From Chloroflexota bacterium (GTDB lineage Bacteria > Chloroflexota > Limnocylindria > Limnocylindrales > CSP1-4): a DNA stretch of 44,429 nucleotides. Every line of letters begins with the position of its first letter. Within the stretch, counting starts at the first letter, position 1. The notes beneath the pieces are model-generated. The model saw nothing but the letters and a program-made list of their open reading frames with translations. It made no database searches and was not told the DNA's origin. Where the stretch lies: NCBI GenBank assembly GCA_016200675.1, contig JACQEH010000058.1, forward strand, positions 1-44,429, in the 5' to 3' direction. The translations under genes were made by a program, and so were the position numbers. Positions 26,029 through 33,958 of the stretch are shown one piece after another.

Positions 26029-26279
26029 TCGCCCCGCGGGTCAGGCGTCACGGGAAAGCATCGGCATCGCTTGCCGGCCGTAGCCGAAGCGGGAGCGTGA
26101 TCGCGATCGCGTGCTCGCCCTCGCCGGCGAGCGCTTCCTCGAGCGTGGCGAGCGGTATGCGGCCGATCGGGCAGGCTGCCGAGCATGCTCACCGCGGCCT
26201 CAGCTGGAGGTGACGGCCCGACAGGACGGCATGGCCCCGACGTCCCGCCGACCTGTCGGCCCGCTCTGCCCTCGTGACT

Positions 26280-26570
26280 TTATGTACGCCGCGCTCGCCC
26301 CCAGCCCGGACGCAGCGGCGGCAGGTCCGTGCCGCGTGGATCGCGGGGCAGCCGGTGCTCACCGTCGTCGCCGTCCCAACGACGGCCGTACTGGTCCGGG
26401 ATCGCACCCCAGCCCCAATAGGCGAGCGCGAAGGCGTCGTCGATCGCGGTGGCGAGCGCGGCGAACGTGTGGCTCAGGGCCGCCGCGAAGATCCGTCCGG
26501 GTCGCGGCCACATGCGCTCCCCGCGACCCTCAACGAGGTCGACGCGGATCGACAACCAGGTTCGGGTCAT
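26280..26570 (-). CDS. pRiA4b ORF-3 / MM3350-like (IS1096 'TnpR passenger'-type) protein, short and possibly internally deleted
   Basis: ATG at 26570 with GGAAGG 7 nt upstream; the track start at 26576 is a TTG. MTRTWLSIRVDLVEGRGERMWPRPGRIFAAALSHTFAALATAIDDAFA matches the family N-terminus. YWGWGAIPDQYGRRW resembles the family C-terminal motif. The roughly 100 aa that normally separate them are absent. Confidence 0.55.
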   Translation of the reverse strand: MTRTWLSIRVDLVEGRGERMWPRPGRIFAAALSHTFAALATAIDDAFALAYWGWGAIPDQYGRRWDGDDGEHRLPRDPRGTDLPPLRPGWGRARRT

Positions 26571-26583
26571 CGGCAAGCCTTCC

Positions 26584-27987
26584 TCATCCCAGCAGAGCCA
26601 GGAGCACGCCCGCCGGCACGGTCAGAACTTTCCGGTCGAGCTCCACGTCCCGCCGGCTCACCATGATCCCCTGTCCGAACGCCTTGGTCATGCTCTCGTA
26701 GTCCTTGCCAGTGCGGTGCGCGGCGTACTTGGACTCGACCGCGACGAGGGCGGGCTCCGTGACCAGGAAGTCGACCTCCCGGCCATCGGCGCTGCGCCAG
26801 TAGTACAGGTGATCGGGGTGCGCGAAACCCTCGAGCGCCGCCCGGTCCGCCCGGTGGAGCGCGATCGCGAGCGCATTCTCCACGAGCGGCCCCTCGGAGG
26901 GTGCCGGGCCCCCGAGCAGGCCCGGGATCGCGGCCAGTGCCGGGTCGCCCAGATACAGCTTGCGCGGCCGGCGCAGGGCCGGTCCGTCCTGGCGCTTGGC
27001 GTCGCGCTGGTAGAGGGCGATCAGGGCGAACGACGCCGCGAGGACGTCGACGTAGGCGCCCGCGGTGGGGCGGCTGACGTCAAGCTCGTGCGCAAGCGTC
27101 CCGGTGTCGGTCATCGACGACAGCCCGACAACGGTCCGCGCCAACAGCTTGCGCAGTGTGAGGGCGTCGCGTGAGAGGCGGCGAGCGTCGGCCGAGAGCC
27201 CGCGCCAGAGCTCGGTCACGGTGCCGTCCGCGACACGCCCGTCGAGGAGCATATCGGTCACCGGAGCCGGCAGACCGCCGCAGCGGACGTACTCGGTCAG
27301 GTATTGGTCGAGCTCGGCCGTGCGCAGGCTCGCCGTGTCGACGAGCCTGCGGCCATCGGGCGCGAGGAGCTGCGCCAGAGTTGGCCGAGCCTCGGGCAGC
27401 GCAGCCGGGTTCCGGGCGGCCACGTAGTCCCGAAAGCTCATCGGCATGTGCAGCCGGTCCAATGGACGATGCCATCTTCCACGCCGGCCGTGGAGGAGGT
27501 CCGCCGAGGCGGCGAGGTCGTACGCGGAGGACCCGGTGAGCAGCACCGTTGCGGACCGGAACGTGCGGTCGTGTTCGCGCAGGTAGACGATCGGCCGCGC
27601 CCAATCGCGGACGAAGGTCAGCTCGTCGAGGACAAACAGCCAATCACCCGCTGCATCGGGCCAGAGGCGCAGCACGAGCTCGATCGCCTCGCGGAGCTCG
27701 TCGGCGGTCTCGATGGTCTGGAGCGTGAGGAAGCAGGTCCGGCGGGCATGACCGGCGGTGACCCGCTCGGCGATGAGGCGCTTGACCAGGGTCGTCTTGC
27801 CACTCTGACGCAGACCCCGGAGGGTGAACACCGCGCCCGAGGTGAGGTCATCGGTGTCGAACGGGCGGGGATCCCAGCGGAACGGTGCGGCCTCGGCGGC
27901 GGCGAGGTGCAGGTCGTCGGCCGGCTGCCACGCCGGATTGATCCACCAGGGGTTCAAGGCGTTGACCTGGTCGCGTGTCAGCATCAT
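26584..27987 (-). CDS. AAA-family ATPase with a DUF4143-type C-terminal domain (AAA_14/DUF4143 'ATP-binding protein')
   Basis: Walker A LRGLRQSGKTTLVKRL, Walker B LFVLDELTFV. The C-terminal part (HLYYWRSADGREVDFLV) is typical of DUF4143. 467 aa. Confidence 0.85.
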   Translation of the reverse strand: MMLTRDQVNALNPWWINPAWQPADDLHLAAAEAAPFRWDPRPFDTDDLTSGAVFTLRGLRQSGKTTLVKRLIAERVTAGHARRTCFLTLQTIETADELREAIELVLRLWPDAAGDWLFVLDELTFVRDWARPIVYLREHDRTFRSATVLLTGSSAYDLAASADLLHGRRGRWHRPLDRLHMPMSFRDYVAARNPAALPEARPTLAQLLAPDGRRLVDTASLRTAELDQYLTEYVRCGGLPAPVTDMLLDGRVADGTVTELWRGLSADARRLSRDALTLRKLLARTVVGLSSMTDTGTLAHELDVSRPTAGAYVDVLAASFALIALYQRDAKRQDGPALRRPRKLYLGDPALAAIPGLLGGPAPSEGPLVENALAIALHRADRAALEGFAHPDHLYYWRSADGREVDFLVTEPALVAVESKYAAHRTGKDYESMTKAFGQGIMVSRRDVELDRKVLTVPAGVLLALLG

Positions 27988-28150
27988 CGGAGTTTACTCG
28001 ATGGCAGGGCTTCCGGCCAGTCCGCTTATCAGGACAAGGGGGCTTCGAGACCCGAATTGGGACGCTGAGGTGCCGGCGGTGCAAGGTCGGGCCGACTGGA
28101 AGAGCCTCCGCGCGCCGATCCCGAGCACGAATTGCGGCGACTGGAGGATC

Positions 28151-28167
28151 TGGTCGGGGCGAGAGGA
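28151..28167. repeat. 17-bp direct repeat identical to the 3' end of tRNA-Pro(CGG) (copy at 30024-30040); putative distal att site
   Basis: TGGTCGGGGCGAGAGGA occurs exactly at 28151-28167 and at 30024-30040. The flanking bases differ on both sides. Confidence 0.7.
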
Positions 28168-28250
28168 GACAAGCCGCCGCAGAGACCTCTTTGTCCCGGT
28201 TGCTTGGCCGCTCCGGTGCCAGGTGATGCGGGTGGGCGTGCCCCGCGGCA

Positions 28251-29024
28251 TCAGGGGAGCAGCGGGATGAACGTCGCCTCGACCCAGTCGAGCGCCGCGG
28301 CCGGATCGTAGGCGACGCCGGAACGGAGCAGCGGCCGCACTTCCTCGAGGAACGACGGCACGCGCTTCGCCGCCAGGTTCGTTCGCAGCTCGCTCGCCCG
28401 GATCATCGGGCGGCCCGCCGTCGCCTGATACTCGCTGAGGATCGCGACGATCCGGGCCGGGTCCGGCGCCGCCTGCTGGTGCGCCCACCACAGGTCGAAG
28501 AGGTCGCGACCCTTCCGGCGCTGGTACAACGCGCGCAGCTTGGTGGCGAGCAGCTCGTCGAGCTCGTACGTCGGTATGACCGCACTGTTGCCGACCGGCG
28601 GGTCCGGGACGGCGAACAGGCGGGAAACGACGTGACCAAAGTGCTCGTGGCTGTTGATCTCGAGCTTGACTCGCCTCCGGGCGCCCGTCTCGGTCTCGAA
28701 GGTGAACGTGAGCTTCGGGTGCTCGCCGGTGTCGGACCGAGCGGGGCCGATCCAGCCGAGCAGGCGGCGGAGCCGGCTGAGGGTCGGGCCGATGGGACTC
28801 GGCTCGCGCTGGACGAGGTCGATGTCCTCGGAGTACCGGACCGCGGGCGCCAGGTGCAACTTGTGCAGTGCGGTGCCGCCCCGGAACGCAAGGGCAGCCT
28901 TGAGGCTCTCGTCCCGGAAGATGTCGAACAGGGCGATCGTGATGGCGAGGTCCTGCTCCACGTCGTCGTCATCCGCCCAGGGCGCGACCGCGCGCCAGTG
29001 GATGATGTCGACCTGCGGGAACAC
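28251..29024 (-). CDS. abiEii: AbiEii/AbiGii-family nucleotidyltransferase toxin (type IV TA / abortive infection)
   Basis: GTG start 2 nt after the abiEi stop. Motifs: LAFRGGTALHKLHL...RYSEDIDLV...KLEINSHE...LDELLATKLRALYQRRKGRDLFDL. Confidence 0.85.
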   Translation of the reverse strand: MFPQVDIIHWRAVAPWADDDDVEQDLAITIALFDIFRDESLKAALAFRGGTALHKLHLAPAVRYSEDIDLVQREPSPIGPTLSRLRRLLGWIGPARSDTGEHPKLTFTFETETGARRRVKLEINSHEHFGHVVSRLFAVPDPPVGNSAVIPTYELDELLATKLRALYQRRKGRDLFDLWWAHQQAAPDPARIVAILSEYQATAGRPMIRASELRTNLAAKRVPSFLEEVRPLLRSGVAYDPAAALDWVEATFIPLLP

Positions 29025-29026
29025 GG

Positions 29027-29821
29027 TCAGTCCGCCTGCGGCTCGATGGTGACGAGGACCCGCCAGCGCGGGTCGCGCGCGGCCTCGCCGCCGGCCGAGG
29101 GCTCGTCTGGAACAAGCGGCACCCAGCCGACCCGCCGCGTCGCGAGCTCGGCCTCGAGCGCCGCGAGGACCGGATCGGCGCCCGCGAGCTCGAGGAGGTG
29201 CCCCAGGCGCTGGAGCTCGGGGGTCGCGGGCGCGACGGCGAGTGCGGCTCGCATACGCGCCCGGCGCAGCGAGGGCGCGAGATCGCTGAGCACCGTTGCC
29301 ACGTTGCCCCAGCCGGCCGCCCTGCCCGGATAGCGGACGAGGTCGAGCGCGACGAGCTCAGGGGTCGCCACGCGCACCCGGCCTGACGGCGTCGTCCGCA
29401 GCTCGACCGGTGCCAGGGCGGCCGTCCGCCGCACCACGAACTCGATCGCCAGTCGCCCGACGCGCACGGGCCGCCGCGGGCGGGCGGTCACCACCTGGAT
29501 GACCTGCGCCGCCTGCCCCGAGGCGCCGTGGATCGACGCCGCGGTGAGGAGGCCCACGTAGTACGGCATCCTGAGGTGCGTCATCAGCGGATCGAGGAAG
29601 AGCCGCCAGGACGGTGTCCCAGTCCTGCGGTCCTCGAGCGGCAGCACGACGTGGAACCCGCGCACCGGCGACGCGACCAGGCGGCCTGCCTCGGCGCGAT
29701 CAAGGGCTGCCGCGACGGCTGCCTCCGACGCCCCCTTGGCTGCGTCGCACGCCTCGGCCGTGGTGAAGGTGAACCGTCCCTGCGACGGCAGCGCGAGGGC
29801 CCAGTCCCGCAGCGAACTCAT
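29027..29821 (-). CDS. abiEi: AbiEi-family antitoxin / transcriptional regulator
   Basis: The call rests on position directly upstream of abiEii, a size of 264 aa, and the pattern FTFTTAEA...VASPVRGFHVVLP...YYVGLLTAASIHGA...ATPELVALDLVRYP. Confidence 0.8.
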   Translation of the reverse strand: MSSLRDWALALPSQGRFTFTTAEACDAAKGASEAAVAAALDRAEAGRLVASPVRGFHVVLPLEDRRTGTPSWRLFLDPLMTHLRMPYYVGLLTAASIHGASGQAAQVIQVVTARPRRPVRVGRLAIEFVVRRTAALAPVELRTTPSGRVRVATPELVALDLVRYPGRAAGWGNVATVLSDLAPSLRRARMRAALAVAPATPELQRLGHLLELAGADPVLAALEAELATRRVGWVPLVPDEPSAGGEAARDPRWRVLVTIEPQAD

Positions 29822-30023
29822 GTGCGCAACTCTACGCCACCTGTCGAGTTACGCAAACGGATCTGTGATGTGGCCGAGCCTGCCTCGGACGGTCCCGGCG
29901 AGGAGGGAACGTAACCCAACGCTGGGTAGGCTCTTGATACGGGACGTTGAGGTACGTCGGTGCGACATGGGGTCCGCCGCGCGACCGCAGAAACTGCCCG
30001 ATCCCGAGTCGAAATAGAACAAA

Positions 30024-30100
<77 letters not shown>

Positions 30101-30191
30101 ACCGAGGGAGCCCGTTTGACAGGGCCCGCGGATGATACCGCGAATGGGCCGATCGCCCTCCACGGCACGGTGGCTCCGCCGTGGGCGGCGA

Positions 30192-30515
30192 TCAGGCGCC
30201 GGGCGACACGGTCCGCAGACCCACCAGGCGGGCTGCTGCCGCCTGGCGTTCGTCGTAGGTGACGAAGCCATCGAGCGGCGACACGTCAGCCGCCGACGCG
30301 ATGTGAATCGCGTCGAGGGCGCGAAGGGCTGGCTCGGTGAGTGCCCCCGCAGCGATGAGGAGCGCCCGGTCGACGGGCACCAGACCGATCGCCTCGACGA
30401 CTTCGACCGCCCGGGCATGAACGTAGCACATCAGTCTCAGGGCACGCACCAGATTGCGGTCCGTCGCTTGCCCATCGATCACCTCGCTCATCGGGACGCG
30501 GCCGACGTTGGGCAT
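30192..30515 (-). pseudogene. vapC: 5'-truncated PIN-domain toxin (vapC-like) remnant with no antitoxin gene
   Basis: The C-terminal two-thirds of a VapC are present (LVPVDRALLIAAGAL...LRALDAIHIASAADV...GFVTYDERQAAAARLVGLRTVSPG). The N-terminal about 40 aa, including the first catalytic Asp, is missing. The MFS gene stop lies only 18 nt upstream. Confidence 0.6.
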
Positions 30516-30533
30516 CGGCAGTGTGCGAAACGC

Positions 30534-31787
30534 TCAGACGGCCTCGACCGGCTCCGGCGACGGGCCGAGGTGGGCAACGTCGCGGACCGGGGCCATGACG
30601 ATCGCCGCCGCGATGAACGAGGCGGTCATCGCCCAGAAGACGATCGGCAGGCCGGCCCCGTTGCCGGCCCGGTCGATGATCACGCCGTACAGCGCCGTCC
30701 ACAGGGAGCCGACGCCGAAAGCGAGCGTGAAGTAGATCGCAAAGGTCACGTCCCGGATCCCGGCCGGCGCCGCGTCGGCGAGCAGCGCCTGGAGCTGGGG
30801 GCTCTCGGCGAACGAGAAGAGTCCCATCACCGCCAGTCCGATCCAGAGGCCGAGCAGCGACGAGCCGACCGAGATGAAGATCGCGAACCCGAGCGCGCCG
30901 CCGAGGTACGCTCCGACGATGACCGGCCGCCGTCCCAACCGATCGGACAGCCAGCCCGCGAAGAGCGGCATCGGCACGGACAGGACGATGAGGCCGCCGT
31001 ACATGAGGTCGGTCGTCGAGCTCGGCAAGCCGAGGACTTTCGTGAGGTACAGCAGGGCGAAGAGGTTGGCGACGCCGAGGCCGCGACCGCCGCCGCCGAG
31101 CACCGACGCGAGGTAGACCCGCCGCAGGACGGGGTTGCGCCAGACCTGGCGAAGTGCCTGGCGGACCGATCCCTCGGCGCGTGCCGCCGCCCGGTCCGTG
31201 CCGTGCTCGGTGACCCAGCGAACGATCGCCAGGGCGATGAGCGCCGCGGGCAGGCCGAAGATCACGGACACGCCACGCCAGCCGAAGGTCGCCAGGAGCA
31301 GCGGCCCGAAGAGGGCCACGATGACGGTCCCGACGTTGCCGCCGGAGATGTGGGCGCTGATCGCGAAGCCGCGCCGGTCGGGCGGGAACTGCTCGGCCAG
31401 GAGGCCGTTGCCGACCGGGTGCTGGGGAGCGCCACCGATCCTCGACACGATGTTCGTGGCCGCGAAGACGTTGAACGTCGGCGCGGCGCCCTGGGCCGCG
31501 AACCCGACCCCGAACAGGATCCCGCCGATCCCCATGAGGTAGCGCCGCGGGACGTGCCGGGTGACGTAGGCGAACGTCGCCTGGACCAGGCCTGACGAGA
31601 TCGCTCCGGCCGCGGCGACGAAGGTGATGGTCTCCACGCCGACGTGGAACTCGTCGATCACCGCCAGGAAGATCATCGGCATGATGACGGCCTGGGCGTG
31701 ATTCACCGCATGGGCGATCGACAGGAGCCAGAGCGTCCGGTTCGGACGGATGCGTGGGGCGTGGGTCTCGGACACGACGCCGAGCAT
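30534..31787 (-). CDS. MFS transporter
   Basis: ATG at 31787, within track ORF 30534..31946. About 12 hydrophobic segments. MFS loop motif GWLSDRLGRRPVIV. Confidence 0.85.
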   Translation of the reverse strand: MLGVVSETHAPRIRPNRTLWLLSIAHAVNHAQAVIMPMIFLAVIDEFHVGVETITFVAAAGAISSGLVQATFAYVTRHVPRRYLMGIGGILFGVGFAAQGAAPTFNVFAATNIVSRIGGAPQHPVGNGLLAEQFPPDRRGFAISAHISGGNVGTVIVALFGPLLLATFGWRGVSVIFGLPAALIALAIVRWVTEHGTDRAAARAEGSVRQALRQVWRNPVLRRVYLASVLGGGGRGLGVANLFALLYLTKVLGLPSSTTDLMYGGLIVLSVPMPLFAGWLSDRLGRRPVIVGAYLGGALGFAIFISVGSSLLGLWIGLAVMGLFSFAESPQLQALLADAAPAGIRDVTFAIYFTLAFGVGSLWTALYGVIIDRAGNGAGLPIVFWAMTASFIAAAIVMAPVRDVAHLGPSPEPVEAV

Positions 31788-31902
31788 ATCCGCGCGCAGG
31801 ACCGGGGGATGCCCGGCGCCGCGCCCGATGGCAGAGCGTTCGAGGCGGGGAGGCGCACGTGGGTGGGAAGGATCAGCCGTCGGGCGGTATCCTCGGCGGG
31901 AC

Positions 31903-32304
31903 GTGAACCGAACGACCCAGGTCCTCTCCGCGCTGCCCATCTTCACCGGCCTGGAGGAGCGGAGCCTCCAGGCGATCGCCGTCCTTGCCCATGAGCTGTC
32001 GGCCCCTGCCAGGACGGTCCTGATCCGCGAGGGCGATCCGGCGACCTCCTTCTACGTGATCGTCGAGGGGACCGTGCACGTCGAGCACGACGGCCGCCTC
32101 ATCAGATCGCTGTCCGCCGGCGGGTTCGTCGGCGAAATCGGGATGATCGAAGGTGGGACGCGAACCGCGACCGTGACCTGCGCGACTGACTGCGAGCTGC
32201 TCGAGTTCGGGGCCTTCGAGCTCGGCCGCGTCCTGGCGACGTTCCCGACCATCCGGGCGAGGGTCGAGACGGCGCTGGCTCACCGACCGCACCGCGACGG
32301 CTGA
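31903..32304 (+). CDS. Stand-alone cyclic-nucleotide-binding (CAP/Crp-type cNMP) domain protein
   Basis: GTG at 31903, within track ORF 31750..32304. LSALPIFTGLEERSLQAIAVLAHE...REGDPATSFYVIVEGTV...GGFVGEIGMIEGGTRTATVT matches the cNMP-binding beta-barrel signature (FGE...R.A.v). No DNA-binding domain follows. Confidence 0.75.
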   Translation: MNRTTQVLSALPIFTGLEERSLQAIAVLAHELSAPARTVLIREGDPATSFYVIVEGTVHVEHDGRLIRSLSAGGFVGEIGMIEGGTRTATVTCATDCELLEFGAFELGRVLATFPTIRARVETALAHRPHRDG

Positions 32305-32576
32305 CGCCTCGCGGCAGGCCATGGGGGCGCAGGGCGCGGCGAGGGTGACCCGCGCCGGGCGCAGCGAGGGCGACACGCGGGGGCCTGGACCGCCACACGA
32401 GCGAACAGCCCAACGAACCCGCCGAGGCGGCCCGAATCAGGCCGCTGAAGTCCCAAGGTGGAACGCTGGGCGAGCCAGATCGCCGTTGAGGCCCGTCCAT
32501 CTGGACGCGGGCGTGCCGTTCGCTCGCTGGGCGTTCCATCGATGGCGCGGCCCGCCGAGGCCCGACGGACCGCCCC

Positions 32577-33941
32577 TCAGAACTGGTCCAGGTAGCGCTC
32601 CACTTCCCAGTCGCTGACCTGCGTCCGGTAAGCGTCCCACTCGGCGCGCTTGGCCTCGACGAAGTGGCCGTAGACGTGGTCGCCGAGGGCCTCGTGGACG
32701 ACCTCGTCGCGCTCCAGCTCGTCGAGGGCCTCGCCGAGCGTCCCCGGCAGCTCGCGGATGGACTTGGCCGCGATCGTCGCCCGATCCATCTCGAAGAGCG
32801 ATTCCTCCACGGGAGCGGAGAGCGTCAGGCCCTTCTCCACCCCGTCGAGCCCGGCCGCGATCATCGCGGCGAAGGCGAGGTACGTGTTGGAGGCCGGATC
32901 CGGGCAGCGGACCTCGGCCCGCGTGCCTTCGACGGACTTTCCGGGAGAGATCATCGGCACGCGGATAAGGGCGGACCGGTTCGTCCGGCCCCAGGTGATG
33001 TAGGTCGGCGCCTCGTATCCGGGCACGAGCCGCTTGTAGGAGTTGACGAGCGGCGCCAGGACGGCGCTCATGCCCCGGGCATGGAGGAGGATCCCGGCCA
33101 TGTACGACTTGGCAAGGTCGGACAGGCCGTACGGCGCCTCGGGGTCGGCGAAGGCGTTCCGCTCGTCGGCGATCGACCACAGGCTCTGGTGGGTGTGCAT
33201 GCCCGAGCCGTTGATGCCGTGGATCGGCTTGGGCATGAACGTCGCGTACAGGCCGTGCTGCTGGGCAACCGCCTTCAGCGTGAACTTGAAGGTGATGGCG
33301 TTGTCGGCCGTCCGGAGGGCGTCGGCATACTCGAAATCGATCTCGTGCTGGCCCGCCGCCACCTCGTGGTGGGCCGCCTCGACCCGGATCCCGAACGCCT
33401 CGAGGGCGTCGACCATGTCCTGGCGGACCTCCTGGGCGAGGTCGGTCGAGAAGTCGAAGTAGCCGGCCAGGTCGTGCGGCAGGGGCGTGACCTTGCCGTC
33501 CTCGTCCCGGCGGAAGAGGAAGAACTCGAGCTCCGGACCCATGTTCACGACGTAGCCGAGCTTCCTGGCCCGCTCGACCTGGCGCCGCAGGACGTGGCGT
33601 GGATCGCCGACAAATGGCTCGCCGCGGGGCGTGAAGACGTCGCAGATCACCCGGGCAGTCCCGCGCGGACCGTCGCCCCGCTGCCACGGGATCTCGGAGA
33701 ACGTGGCCATGTCGGGCATGAGGTACTGGTCGCTCTCGGCGATCCGGGTGAAGCCCTCGATCGACGAGCCGTCGAACCACGTGCCGTGGGTGACCGATCC
33801 CTCCAGCTGGTGGATCGGGATGGTCACCGCCTTGACGTGGCCGATGATGTCGGTGAACTGGAGCTGGACGAAGCGAATCCCGGCCGCCTCCGCGGCGCGG
33901 ATCGCGGCGACGGGATCCGGCCCTTCCGCTCTGGGAGCCAC
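32577..33941 (-). CDS. glnA: Glutamine synthetase type I
   Basis: GTG at 33941, within track ORF 32577..34481. Motifs: FVQLQFTDIIGHVK, FDGSSIEGF, GPELEFFLF, HHEVAAGQHEIDF, MPKPIHGINGSGMHTHQSLW, NSYKRLVPGYEAP, RNRSALIRVP. It starts 17 nt after the glnN stop. Confidence 0.9.
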   Translation of the reverse strand: MAPRAEGPDPVAAIRAAEAAGIRFVQLQFTDIIGHVKAVTIPIHQLEGSVTHGTWFDGSSIEGFTRIAESDQYLMPDMATFSEIPWQRGDGPRGTARVICDVFTPRGEPFVGDPRHVLRRQVERARKLGYVVNMGPELEFFLFRRDEDGKVTPLPHDLAGYFDFSTDLAQEVRQDMVDALEAFGIRVEAAHHEVAAGQHEIDFEYADALRTADNAITFKFTLKAVAQQHGLYATFMPKPIHGINGSGMHTHQSLWSIADERNAFADPEAPYGLSDLAKSYMAGILLHARGMSAVLAPLVNSYKRLVPGYEAPTYITWGRTNRSALIRVPMISPGKSVEGTRAEVRCPDPASNTYLAFAAMIAAGLDGVEKGLTLSAPVEESLFEMDRATIAAKSIRELPGTLGEALDELERDEVVHEALGDHVYGHFVEAKRAEWDAYRTQVSDWEVERYLDQF

Positions 33942-33958
33942 GGCTGCGCGTCCCCGGC

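Noticed and set aside
32305-32576. 270-bp convergent intergenic region between the cNMP-binding gene and glnA, with an 11-bp direct repeat CCCGCCGAGGC (32418 and 32551); a possible sRNA or terminator region
   Set aside because: I could not fold it into a convincing conserved RNA or a clear terminator, and the repeat is short and GC-rich. A covariance-model scan (Rfam) would be needed.
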